From: Candidatus Cloacimonadales bacterium
GTDB taxonomy: Bacteria; Cloacimonadota; Cloacimonadia; Cloacimonadales; JAFGVF01
Length of the DNA: 64,000 nucleotides
Direction: 5' to 3'
NCBI GenBank assembly: GCA_963678315.1
Contig: OY782781.1
Span: 768,001-832,000 of the forward strand
Shown here: positions 43,501 through 52,461 of the stretch, piece by piece
Numbering within the stretch: position 1 is the stretch's first letter
Layout: each line of letters starts with the position of its first letter
Program-made: the position numbers and the translations under genes
The notes under the pieces: generated by a model
The model's database searches: none
The model's input: only the letters and a program-made list of their open reading frames with translations
What the model was told of the DNA's origin: nothing

Positions 43501-45415
43501 TACTGCTTCTACAGATGTTGATTCAGCTTCTGTTGCTTCAAAGAATGATGGTTATGTACGTTTTGAAAACGTTAACACAGTAACAAACCCAGATGGTGAA
43601 GTGTTATCATCATCTCACTTGGGTATGTTATATATCGTTCCTGAATTAGATTCTGATGTTATTTTAGAAGAATATAAAGTTGAATATGCTGCTACTTTAA
43701 ATGTTAAAGACGGACAAAAAGTAGTATCAAAAACTAAACTATTTTCTTGGGATCAATATAATAACCCTCTTATTGCTACCGTTGAAGGTGTTCTTAATTA
43801 TGATAACTTTGTTAAAAACGTTACTTATAAAGAAGAATTTAATGACCTTACTGGTACAAAAGATCTTACTATTATTGAATCCAAAGATAGAATCCAACCA
43901 CAGTTCAAAATCGAAGGTTCTGATGGCCAAGTTGTACTTGTTCCTCTTCAAACTGGACTTAGTGTTCAAGTTGAGGACGGTTCTTCTGTATATCCTGGTC
44001 AAAAGATTGGTCAAACTTCACGTATCACTATTAAACAAGGTGATATCACTGGTGGTCTTCCACGTGTTGAAGATCTCTTCGAAGCTAGAATTCCTAAAGA
44101 AAAAGCTGTTATCTCAGAAATCGAAGGTAGAATCTCTGTTGGTAACTTAAAAAGAAATGGTCGTGATATTTATATTACACCTCCTACTGGAATTTTCGCT
44201 CAAGAAGATGGCCTTATGCAAATTGTAGATGATTTACCAAAAGTATCTACAAGTAACGTAATCAAATCTGGAAATGAAACCCTTTCACCTGTTACTGGTA
44301 ACATTATCTCTATTGAGATTGATGCTAAATTAGCTAAAGTTATCATAAGCGATGATAAAGGTGAATTAAGTACAGTTGAATGTGAAGATGGACAAGATAT
44401 TGGACTTGTAACTTACGTTGGACAAAGAGTTAGAGAGAATGATGCAATAGCTGGAGCTAAAAACTTAGTTCCTACAATAAGATTAGTTCCAAATGATGGT
44501 GTTAAATCTAAAGCCGCAGGTAAAGTAATTAAGATTGAAACTTTCGAAGATGGATATCAAGTTACTGTAAAACCTAGATCTACTAAGAAAACAACTAATG
44601 ATGTTTATTATGTAGATGGTAAATATACTCCATTTAACCTTGTTGGTTCTAATGTTAAAAAAGGTGAAGTTATTGCTGGATACATCAATTATCTTGTATC
44701 AGAACAAGAACCTATTTTAGGAAATAATTCTAAAGTTAATGCTGGTCAAGCTTTAGCTGGTAGAAAACATGTTATTCCTTTAGGTAAGAGAATTATCATC
44801 CATGAAGGTGATTATGTTAATTCTGGTACTGCTATCTGTGACGGTCCTATTGACCCACATGATATTCTTAGAATTAGAGGTATCAAAGAAGCTCAAAAAC
44901 TCATTCTCGATGAAATCCAAGAAGTTTATCGTAAACAAGGTGTTAAAATTGATGATAAACATATTGGGGTTATAGTTAGAGAAATGTTTAAAAAGGTTAA
45001 AATTGTTGATCCTGGTGATACTTATTTCTTAGAAGGTGATACTGTTGACAAGCTTAGAGTAGAGAAAGAAAACCTACAACAAGAGACTTTAGGTGGCAAA
45101 GGTGCCAAGTTCGAACAGCTTCTCTTAGGAATTACTAAAACTTCTCTATTGACAGAATCTTGGCTTTCTGCAGCTTCGTTCCAAGAAACTACTAAAGTTC
45201 TTACTCAAGCTGCTGTCGAAGGTAGAATTGATAACCTAGAAGGCTTAAAAGAAAGTATTATACTAGGACACAAGATCCCGGTTGGAACTGGTTCAAAATA
45301 CTATACCAACCAGGTCAAAGAACTTGAAAAAAGCGGCAAAACGGTTGCCGAAATGGTTGAGCAATTGGCTCACCAATTTAACGACGGGTCAGATGAAGAC
45401 CTGTACGATTTCTAA
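40571..45415 (+). CDS. rpoC: RNA polymerase beta' subunit (long, 1614 aa)
   Basis: 'NADFDGDQM', zinc fingers, 'SIGEPGTQLT', 'SAASFQET'. Confidence 0.99.
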   Translation: MNRNIKREKKIENYDAVRIRIASPDAIRSWSYGEVVKPDTLNYRTLKPEKEGLFCEKIFGPEKDFECSCGKYKKKRFKGTVCDRCGVEVTTSRVRRSRMGHIELAVPVAHISFVKSAPSKIGTLLGLTISNLEKILVYESYVVLDPGDQDYQVNELIDTEEFYEIRDQVSRDTNFKAKIGAEAIREMLENLNLDDLAADLRTRIKWETSTMRKQKMIKRLKIVESFRKSGNRPEWMILEVLPVLPPTLRPLVPLDGGRFATADFNDLYRRVITRNNRLKQLIEIRAPEVILRNEKRMLQEAVDALIDNSKKARPVKGRGNRALKSLTDQLKGKQGRFRQNLLGKRVDYSGRSVITVGPHLKIYEMGLPKEMAVELFKPFIIERLEKMGTAEKTKTAKKMVEKKQPEIWKILEDVVQDYPVLLNRAPTLHRLGIQAFMPVLTENKALQLHPMVCSPFNADFDGDQMGCYIPLSHEARMEARVLMLSSRNLLLPSSGRLAMAPSQDIVLGCYYVSMEGSAQPNWEEDRSVLVAKLDELYAKDSRSEEDDNQISEIKNLLKDYNKKTFKNVHELINIYEKEEMLYAQKRENYKDHEEDTNARLLNLHTWVKVFVKGNWEITTVGRVLFNLALPDAVPFKNQTFDKGALNDLAMECYNAVGQWETAIFLDKLKETGFRYATRGGITFSFGDIVVPHNKQEILARYQEDVDSITESYNLGIITETERSSRVVDNWKVATEEVTDALMEELVVSGGGYNSIYMMYKSGARGSKTQIKQLGGMRGLMDKPSAKGGGNEVIETPIKSNFKEGLSVLEYFISSHGARKGLADTALKTAGAGYLTRRLVDVAQNSMITEDDCGTIGGIDITALKEGNEIVEELRERIQGRTAVDDVEDPRSGEIICEAGQEITNEMANLIQRHGILSVKVRSVLTCEAEKGICAKCYGRNLATQKHVASGEPVGIIAAQSIGEPGTQLTLRTFHIGGTASTDVDSASVASKNDGYVRFENVNTVTNPDGEVLSSSHLGMLYIVPELDSDVILEEYKVEYAATLNVKDGQKVVSKTKLFSWDQYNNPLIATVEGVLNYDNFVKNVTYKEEFNDLTGTKDLTIIESKDRIQPQFKIEGSDGQVVLVPLQTGLSVQVEDGSSVYPGQKIGQTSRITIKQGDITGGLPRVEDLFEARIPKEKAVISEIEGRISVGNLKRNGRDIYITPPTGIFAQEDGLMQIVDDLPKVSTSNVIKSGNETLSPVTGNIISIEIDAKLAKVIISDDKGELSTVECEDGQDIGLVTYVGQRVRENDAIAGAKNLVPTIRLVPNDGVKSKAAGKVIKIETFEDGYQVTVKPRSTKKTTNDVYYVDGKYTPFNLVGSNVKKGEVIAGYINYLVSEQEPILGNNSKVNAGQALAGRKHVIPLGKRIIIHEGDYVNSGTAICDGPIDPHDILRIRGIKEAQKLILDEIQEVYRKQGVKIDDKHIGVIVREMFKKVKIVDPGDTYFLEGDTVDKLRVEKENLQQETLGGKGAKFEQLLLGITKTSLLTESWLSAASFQETTKVLTQAAVEGRIDNLEGLKESIILGHKIPVGTGSKYYTNQVKELEKSGKTVAEMVEQLAHQFNDGSDEDLYDF

Positions 45416-45431
45416 ATAAGGCGGAGGAAAA

Positions 45432-45806
45432 ATGCCTACTATAAACCAGTTAATTAGAAAAGGAAGAAAGTCGGTTGAAAAAAGAAGAACTAACCGTGCT
45501 TTGAATAGTTGCCCACAAAGACGTGGTGTATGTACTAGAGTTTATACTACTACACCTAAAAAACCTAACTCAGCGTTACGTAAAGTTGCTCGTGTACGTT
45601 TAACTAACGGTATCGAAGTAACTGCTTACATTCCTGGTGAAGGTCATAACTTACAAGAACACTCTTTAGTTTTAGTTCGCGGTGGTCGTGTTAAGGATTT
45701 ACCTGGTGTGAGATATCACATCGTTCGTGGATCACTCGACTGTGCTGGTGTTGAAAATAGAACAAACTCACGTTCTAAATACGGAACAAGACGTCCAAAG
45801 AAATAA
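45432..45806 (+). CDS. rpsL: 30S ribosomal protein S12
   Basis: '[11 protein letters not shown]', '[11 protein letters not shown]'. Confidence 0.98.
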   Translation: MPTINQLIRKGRKSVEKRRTNRALNSCPQRRGVCTRVYTTTPKKPNSALRKVARVRLTNGIEVTAYIPGEGHNLQEHSLVLVRGGRVKDLPGVRYHIVRGSLDCAGVENRTNSRSKYGTRRPKK

Positions 45807-45816
45807 GGAGTAAGAT

Positions 45817-46287
45817 ATGCCTAGAAAACGTAAAGCCATGGAAAGAGAAGTATTACCTGATCCAAAATTCAATGACGTAATACTAAGTAAATTTATCAAT
45901 TGTGTGATGACTGATGGTAAAAAATCTATTGCAGAGAAAATAGTGTACGGTGCTTTTGATATCGTTGCTGAAAAAACTGGTAAAGACCCATTAGAAGTTT
46001 TCAAAGAAGCTCTTACAAATGCAAGACCTCTTGTGAAAGTTACTTCTCGTCGTATCGGTGGTGCTAACTACCAAGTTCCTGAAGAAGTTTCTGAAAAAGC
46101 TGGTAGAGCTATCGCTTTTAGATGGATCATCTCAGTTGCTCGTGGACGTAATGAAAAAAATATGCGTGAAAAATTAGCTGCTGAATTATTAGCTATCTTC
46201 AAAAAAGAAGGTTCTACTATTAAAAAACGTGAGGATACTCACAAAATGGCTGAAGCTAACAAAGCTTTCGCTCACTTAAGATTCTAA
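45817..46287 (+). CDS. rpsG: 30S ribosomal protein S7
   Basis: 'RRIGGANYQVP', 'HKMAEANKAF'. Confidence 0.98.
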   Translation: MPRKRKAMEREVLPDPKFNDVILSKFINCVMTDGKKSIAEKIVYGAFDIVAEKTGKDPLEVFKEALTNARPLVKVTSRRIGGANYQVPEEVSEKAGRAIAFRWIISVARGRNEKNMREKLAAELLAIFKKEGSTIKKREDTHKMAEANKAFAHLRF

Positions 46288-46317
46288 TTATATAGAAATC
46301 TATATTATATATATATT

Positions 46318-46348
46318 AAGGCCTGACTTGTTCAGGCCTTTTTCTTTT
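46318..46348 (+). terminator. Rho-independent terminator after rpsG
   Basis: AAGGCCTGA-CTTGT-TCAGGCCTT followed by T tract. Confidence 0.82.
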
Positions 46349-46351
46349 GGG

Positions 46352-46500
46352 GGTTGCAGTGCTTCTAGCTTGCTATTACTGGGAACGCTGGGCCTTTAGT
46401 CCGGCTACTGCCGGATAGCCGGCTTCAAATTGCAAGCAACACAACAGTCTTCGCCTGTCACAGTCCTTGCTTGCGAAAAGAGACGTTCTTCCGAACGTCT
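46352..46500. repeat. REP mosaic (left part, interrupted by IS)
   Basis: 46378-46424 is a near reverse complement of 13081-13127; 46443-46500 is identical to 48379-48436. Confidence 0.8.
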
Positions 46501-48171
46501 CAGACTGCTGACAAAGTCATGTAATCAATGTGTGATTTTCGTATGTTTTTTCTGTACTAAACAACCCAGAAAAAGCACAAATAGACTTGACAATATTACT
46601 CCTTATTATATGATAGGCATATAATTAGAGGTGATAAAATGATTAAAGAAGAATATAGAAAACAATACGAATTTGAGCTTGTAAATTTAGAAGAACAGGT
46701 TCCAGACGATCATATCCTTAGGTTTTTTGATGAATATATAGATTTCTCTTTCGTTTATGATATAATGAAAGACACATACAATGAGACTTTTGGCAGACCT
46801 GCTATTAATCCAATAACTCTTTTTAAAATAATATTAATAGGTTATCTCTTTGGTATTAAATCAGAACGTCAAATATTTAAAGAAATACAAGTTAATCTTG
46901 CATATAGATGGTTTTTAGGGTTCGGATTTAATGATAAAATTCCTCACCATTCAATTATAAGTAAAACTCGTAAAAGACGATTTGCTAATAATGATTTATT
47001 TCAAGAGATTTTTGATAATATTGTTAAGTTAGGCATTGAAAATGGTTTAGTTAATGGGAAAATTTTATATACAGACTCAACCCATATAAAAGCTAATGCG
47101 AATAAGAATAAGTTCATAAAAATTGTAGTAAAAAGAACTACAAAAGAATATATTAAAGATTTGGATGAAGCAGTCGCAGAAGACAGAAAAAAACACAATA
47201 TAAAACCACTTCCTCCTAAGGAACCACAGGAAGAAACCAAGACAATTAAATCCAGCACAACAGATCCAGACAGTGGTTTTATGGCACGAGACCGCAAACC
47301 ACAAGGCTTCTTTTATTTAGACCATAGGACAACGGATCCTAAATGTAATTTTATAACAGATGTATTTATAACACCTGGGAATATAAATGATGCAGTGGTA
47401 TATAAATCTCGTCTTCTTCGGCAGATTGAAAGGTTTAATTTTAATGTTATAGCTGTAGGCTTAGATGCTGGGTATAATACTGTAGATAATTGTCGTTTTT
47501 TATGTGAAAAAGGAATAATGGGGGTAATAGGGTACAAAAGAGGTAGCCATAAAAAAGGATTTTTCAGCAAGAATAAATTCAAATTTGACTCAGTCAACGA
47601 CCAATATATTTGTCCAAATAACAAATTATTACATTACAAAACAACAAGAAGAGAGGGCTACAAAGAATACGTATCAAATGCTGAAGACTGTAAAAACTGT
47701 CCTCATTTATCTAAATGTACTTCAAATAAAACAAGGAGGAAAGTACTAAATCGGCATGTCTGGGAAAAATATAAAGACCAGATAAATATGAATCGTTTAA
47801 CATTCTGTGGTAAACAAATTTATAAGCGCCGAAAAGAGACAATTGAGAGGAGTTTTGCTAATGCAAAACAAAATCATGGATATCGATATGCACGATATAG
47901 AGGACTTGAAAAAGTTAAAGAACAAGCTCTAATGACAGCTTGTACTCAAAATTTAGTAAAATTAGTTAAATACTTTAAGAGAATCAATAAAAAGCTAAAA
48001 AAGGGTTCTATTTTAACAAAAATACTCAAATTTTTTGATTATTTTGGGTATATTGTCTCCCATAGTGAACTTATGCAACAATATCATCACCAATACTAAA
48101 AAATCTATCAACTATCAGATGAAAACTAAAATTGGCTGTAAACACCTTTTTTCTACTTTGTCAGCAGTCTG
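46501..48171 (+). mobile_element. IS1182-family insertion sequence, copy 1 (1671 bp)
   Basis: 17-bp perfect terminal inverted repeats CAGACTGCTGACAAAGT; 20-bp direct repeat AGACGTTCTTCCGAACGTCT at 46481-46500 and 48172-48191. Confidence 0.93.
46639..48099 (+). CDS. IS1182-family DDE transposase
   Basis: 'GRPAINP' (DUF772-like), 'TDSTHIKANA', 'STTDPD', 'DAGY', Cys cluster, 'YKRRKETIERSFANAK'. Confidence 0.92.
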   Translation: MIKEEYRKQYEFELVNLEEQVPDDHILRFFDEYIDFSFVYDIMKDTYNETFGRPAINPITLFKIILIGYLFGIKSERQIFKEIQVNLAYRWFLGFGFNDKIPHHSIISKTRKRRFANNDLFQEIFDNIVKLGIENGLVNGKILYTDSTHIKANANKNKFIKIVVKRTTKEYIKDLDEAVAEDRKKHNIKPLPPKEPQEETKTIKSSTTDPDSGFMARDRKPQGFFYLDHRTTDPKCNFITDVFITPGNINDAVVYKSRLLRQIERFNFNVIAVGLDAGYNTVDNCRFLCEKGIMGVIGYKRGSHKKGFFSKNKFKFDSVNDQYICPNNKLLHYKTTRREGYKEYVSNAEDCKNCPHLSKCTSNKTRRKVLNRHVWEKYKDQINMNRLTFCGKQIYKRRKETIERSFANAKQNHGYRYARYRGLEKVKEQALMTACTQNLVKLVKYFKRINKKLKKGSILTKILKFFDYFGYIVSHSELMQQYHHQY

Positions 48172-48474
48172 AGACGTTCTTCCGAACGTCTCTACAGCAT
48201 TCCCAGTTTACACAAAAATTTACTTCTCTAGGTTTATCCAGCAAAGTCGGAACGCCATCGTCTCTGATGGCCAAACCTACGAAAGTAGGTTATATATGAG
48301 ACTTAAATATATGTTTAGCATATATTTATATACAAAAGCCGGCACGGAGGCCAGCGTTCCCAGTTTTAGCTGGCACGGAACAGTCTTCGCCTGTCACAGT
48401 CCTTGCTTGCGAAAAGAGACGTTCTTCCGAACGTCTCTACAAATTTCCTCTGGGTATACAAGCTTCTAGCTTGT
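48172..48474. repeat. REP mosaic between the two IS copies
   Basis: GGAACGCCATC REP at 48249; REP at 48337-48364; intact empty copy of the IS1 target at 48379-48440. Confidence 0.8.
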
Positions 48475-50145
48475 CAGACTGCTGACAAAGTCATGTAATC
48501 AATGTGTGATTTTCGTATGTTTTTTCTGTACTAAACAACCCAGAAAAAGCACAAATAGACTTGACAATATTACTCCTTATTATATGATAGGCATATAATT
48601 AGAGGTGATAAAATGATTAAAGAAGAATATAGAAAACAATACGAATTCGAGCTTGTAAATTTAGAAGAACAGGTTCCAGACGATCATATCCTTAGGTTTT
48701 TTGATGAATATATAGATTTCTCTTTCGTTTATGATATAATGAAAGACACATACAATGAGACTTTTGGTAGACCTGCTATTAATCCAATAACTCTTTTTAA
48801 AATAATATTAATAGGTTATCTCTTTGGTATTAAATCAGAACGTCAAATATTTAAAGAAATACAAGTTAATCTTGCATATAGATGGTTTTTAGGGTTCGGA
48901 TTTAATGATAAAATTCCTCACCATTCAATTATAAGTAAAACTCGTAAAAGACGATTTGCTAATAATGATTTATTTCAAGAGATTTTTGATAATATTGTTA
49001 AGTTAGGCATTGAAAATGGTTTAGTTAATGGGAAAATTTTATATACAGACTCAACCCATATAAAAGCTAATGCGAATAAGAATAAGTTCATAAAAATTGT
49101 AGTAAAAAGAACTACAAAAGAATATATTAAAGATTTGGATGAAGCAGTCGCAGAAGACAGAAAAAAACACAATATAAAACCACTTCCTCCTAAGGAACCA
49201 CAGGAAGAAACCAAGACAATTAAATCCAGCACAACAGATCCAGACAGTGGTTTTATGGCACGAGACCGCAAACCACAAGGCTTCTTTTATTTAGACCATA
49301 GGACAACGGATCCTAAATGTAATTTTATAACAGATGTATTTATAACACCTGGGAATATAAATGATGCAGTGGTATATAAATCTCGTCTTCTTCGGCAGAT
49401 TGAAAGGTTTAATTTTAATGTTATAGCTGTAGGCTTAGATGCTGGGTATAATACTGTAGATAATTGTCGTTTTTTATGTGAAAAAGGAATAATGGGGGTA
49501 ATAGGGTACAAAAGAGGTAGCCATAAAAAAGGATTTTTCAGCAAGAATAAATTCAAATTTGACTCAGTCAACGACCAATATATTTGTCCAAATAACAAAT
49601 TATTACATTACAAAACAACAAGAAGAGAGGGCTACAAAGAATACGTATCAAATGCTGAAGACTGTAAAAACTGTCCTCATTTATCTAAATGTACTTCAAA
49701 TAAAACAAGGAGGAAAGTACTAAATCGGCATGTCTGGGAAAAATATAAAGACAAGATAAATATGAATCGTTTAACATTCTGTGGTAAAGAGATTTATAAG
49801 CGACGAAAAGAGACTATTGAGAGGAGTTTTGCTAATGCAAAACAAAATCATGGATATCGATATGCACGATATAGAGGACTTGAAAAAGTTAAAGAACAAG
49901 CTCTAATGACAGCTTGTACTCAAAATTTAGTAAAATTAGTTAAATACTTTAAGAGAATCAATAAAAAGCTAAAAAAGGGTTCTATTTTAACAAAAATACT
50001 CAAATTTTTTGATTATTTTGGGTATATTGTCTCCCATAGTGAACTTATGCAACAATATCATCACCAATACTAAAAAATCTATCAACTATCAGATGAAAAC
50101 TAAAATTGGCTGTAAACACCTTTTTTCTACTTTGTCAGCAGTCTG
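48475..50145 (+). mobile_element. IS1182-family insertion sequence, copy 2 (1671 bp)
   Basis: Same 17-bp terminal inverted repeats; 17-bp direct repeat ACAAGCTTCTAGCTTGT at 48458-48474 and 50146-50162. Confidence 0.93.
48613..50073 (+). CDS. IS1182-family DDE transposase
   Basis: 486 aa; two residues differ from copy 1. Confidence 0.92.
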   Translation: MIKEEYRKQYEFELVNLEEQVPDDHILRFFDEYIDFSFVYDIMKDTYNETFGRPAINPITLFKIILIGYLFGIKSERQIFKEIQVNLAYRWFLGFGFNDKIPHHSIISKTRKRRFANNDLFQEIFDNIVKLGIENGLVNGKILYTDSTHIKANANKNKFIKIVVKRTTKEYIKDLDEAVAEDRKKHNIKPLPPKEPQEETKTIKSSTTDPDSGFMARDRKPQGFFYLDHRTTDPKCNFITDVFITPGNINDAVVYKSRLLRQIERFNFNVIAVGLDAGYNTVDNCRFLCEKGIMGVIGYKRGSHKKGFFSKNKFKFDSVNDQYICPNNKLLHYKTTRREGYKEYVSNAEDCKNCPHLSKCTSNKTRRKVLNRHVWEKYKDKINMNRLTFCGKEIYKRRKETIERSFANAKQNHGYRYARYRGLEKVKEQALMTACTQNLVKLVKYFKRINKKLKKGSILTKILKFFDYFGYIVSHSELMQQYHHQY

Positions 50146-50535
50146 ACAAGCTTCTAGCTTGTATCTGAGACGTTTTGCCAAACGTCTCTACAAAGTCACT
50201 TATCACTACGATCTAAGTGACGCCAGCGCAGAGACTGGCGGAGAATTGAGGAGTTACAATCCATAAAAACCCCGAAGGGGTGGCATATACTAAGCATGGA
50301 GGCTTGCCCTCCATGTAATAGTTAAAAAATAAAAAAAGCCCTGAAAGGGCGTCATAAAGGCTAAGCTTTATCTGCAAACAGAGAAGTTTACCACGAAAAG
50401 CACGAATAACACGAAAAACAGTCAAATTATTTAGGACTGGACAGATCCCAGTAACTCCCCACTCTTCACTTCTAACTCCTTCCTAAAGCCGCTCATTGAA
50501 AAAATGGCTTTTTTTCAAAGAGGCAAGTAAGGGTG
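50146..50535. repeat. REP mosaic (right part)
   Basis: Modules matching 12964-13044, 21322-21477 and 21250-21290; heptamer repeats. Confidence 0.82.
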
Positions 50536-50577
50536 ACCTTATAGACAGTTTAAATCAAACTAGAATTTACCCAAGAA

Positions 50578-51510
50578 TCAAAAGTTATTTTGAACATTCT
50601 TAATGAAATTATATACTACCCAGCGTTCATCCAATTCGTTTTTATTGAAGGCTAGCTTTTCTGTATCACGATACTGCACTTGTCGATTCTGTTCTCTGAA
50701 GTCGATAGACTCTTTACCTGTCACTTGAGCTAAAAGTCCATTTTCTATAGTGTAAATTTTATCATCAAATTTAAGTTCTAAGTTTATGTTTTTAGTTTCA
50801 TTTAAAAACTGTAAGAATTGATAGTACTTTAAAAGAATACGAGTTTCAACTTTAACTTCTTCCGCTTTTTGGAATTCTAGTTGGTCATTGAAAGCTTGGA
50901 ATTTCTTATTAAGAATATCAGCAAAATCGTTATTTGAAGATAGGTAATATTTCTCAATTTCAGCTTTTATATCAAGCTTTTTATCAGGGATACAATAACC
51001 CTTACATTGATCATCCTTGACTAAGTCGCAAGGGAAGCCAACATCTGGACAGGCAGGTAAGTGAATGTTCTTGGTAAGGACAGTAATCAAATCCCGTACA
51101 AAGAATCTATTTCTGAATGGTCCAATATAGAACTTATCAGACTGAGTATTCTCTTTAATGGCAACATAAGGAGGATTTTTAAAATCAAAAGCAAGATAAA
51201 CAAAGTTGGCAGAGAAATCAATATCATTGTTTAAATAAGGGATAAAGCTCTTTTTAAGACTTTTAAACCAAATCAGACACTCCATATCACTATTTCTTAA
51301 TTCGATTGTCAGATGCTCTGATTGGTCCCATAACTCACGAATCTTATCATCTTCTTCTTTTAATTCTTTCAATCTATTGATTCTAGCATATAAGTTTGTT
51401 GTTATTCCTGCAAATATTACACTATCTTTATCTGTAAAATAATAAGATCCTCTAACCTCTGGTAACTTCTGTAAAGCTAACTCATCACTAACTGCTATCT
51501 TCATCTTCAC
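50578..51510 (-). CDS. UvrC N-terminal-like protein (degenerate GIY-YIG, Cys cluster, UVR domain)
   Basis: 'LPEVRGSYYF...IFAGITTNLYARI', 'YIGPF', four Cys, 'LEFQKAEEVK'. Confidence 0.7.
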   Translation of the reverse strand: MKMKIAVSDELALQKLPEVRGSYYFTDKDSVIFAGITTNLYARINRLKELKEEDDKIRELWDQSEHLTIELRNSDMECLIWFKSLKKSFIPYLNNDIDFSANFVYLAFDFKNPPYVAIKENTQSDKFYIGPFRNRFFVRDLITVLTKNIHLPACPDVGFPCDLVKDDQCKGYCIPDKKLDIKAEIEKYYLSSNNDFADILNKKFQAFNDQLEFQKAEEVKVETRILLKYYQFLQFLNETKNINLELKFDDKIYTIENGLLAQVTGKESIDFREQNRQVQYRDTEKLAFNKNELDERWVVYNFIKNVQNNF

Positions 51511-51768
51511 CTCATAATATCATTGTCATTACAATTTAAAATAATATGTTTAGATGTCCATTGTTTTTTAGCCTATATTTCTTCTATAATAAAGTGTTTC
51601 CATGTCCTATTTTTGAAACAATAAGTGTTTCTATATGGAAACAGTCCAAAAAATACTCAATTTTTAAGGCTTTATAAGTAATTTTCATAAGTCAAACTTT
51701 GATAGGCAATTAGCTCTTTGTTGAGAATTTATACTTCCTTTGGAACAAATAATGAAATATAGCTAAGC

Positions 51769-52116
51769 ATGGAAAGAAAATTATTAATTGTATCTATCAA
51801 CAAAGATCATCGTTTTTTGTTGAACTCATTAGTTGAGAAAAAAGGTTTTGAAATATTTGCACCTGAAAGTATTGAAGACTCAATTTCGTTATTGAAAACG
51901 AGTGACTTCGATAAGATTGTCATTGATTATACAGATTATAGTTTTTTAATGAGAATTTTGTGCAACAAGATTGAAAGAAGAAATAATATTCATAAGTGCA
52001 TTTTTTTAAACACTGAAATTGATCCGGTAGTGGCAGAAAAAGTTATCGAGCATGGAGGACAACTACTTGATAAACCTTATGACGCAGATCAATTACTTGC
52101 CATTATTAAAATGTAA
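51769..52116 (+). CDS. Single-domain response regulator receiver (atypical)
   Basis: CheY-like pattern 'FDKIVIDY' and 'LDKPY'; lacks the N-terminal acidic pair. Confidence 0.6.
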   Translation: MERKLLIVSINKDHRFLLNSLVEKKGFEIFAPESIEDSISLLKTSDFDKIVIDYTDYSFLMRILCNKIERRNNIHKCIFLNTEIDPVVAEKVIEHGGQLLDKPYDADQLLAIIKM

Positions 52117-52252
52117 AATTTTTAAATATTGCTAGCTTACAAGGAGCTTATTTCTTAGAATAGCAAGGCAATAGGGTTCTAGCTATAACATGCTTTAGGT
52201 TAAAAGATTAGCATTACAAGACTGGTTATCTATTCTTATTATTATTCACTCC

Positions 52253-52284
52253 GAGTGGTGGTTGGTTTCACCACTCGCTTTTTT
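52253..52284 (+). terminator. Rho-independent terminator
   Basis: CGAGTGGTG...CACCACTCG followed by CTTTTTT. Confidence 0.72.
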
Positions 52285-52461
52285 ATGGAGTTAAAAAGTA
52301 TTATACAATTTGCAGCTATCCTAAGAACTGCTTTTCAGATGTTACAGGGGGACACACAGTTGATGTATAGTTACAAACAAAAGCACAAATTTTATCTTGC
52401 TAAAATCTAAGTGTACTATTTTAATTAACTTAGCACATATAAATTAAAAGAGGCTGGCTAA

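Noticed and set aside
36290..45415. Inteins explaining the long RpoB and RpoC
   Set aside because: The inserts lack an N-terminal Cys/Ser plus C-terminal His-Asn splice motif, and lack LAGLIDADG motifs.
46501..50145. Composite transposon or simple tandem duplication of the IS
   Set aside because: Each copy has its own distinct target duplication, the 303-bp interval holds no gene, and the copies differ by substitutions.
52117..52461. Riboswitch or sRNA between the receiver gene and rhuM
   Set aside because: Only a terminator hairpin is supportable; no recognisable aptamer consensus.
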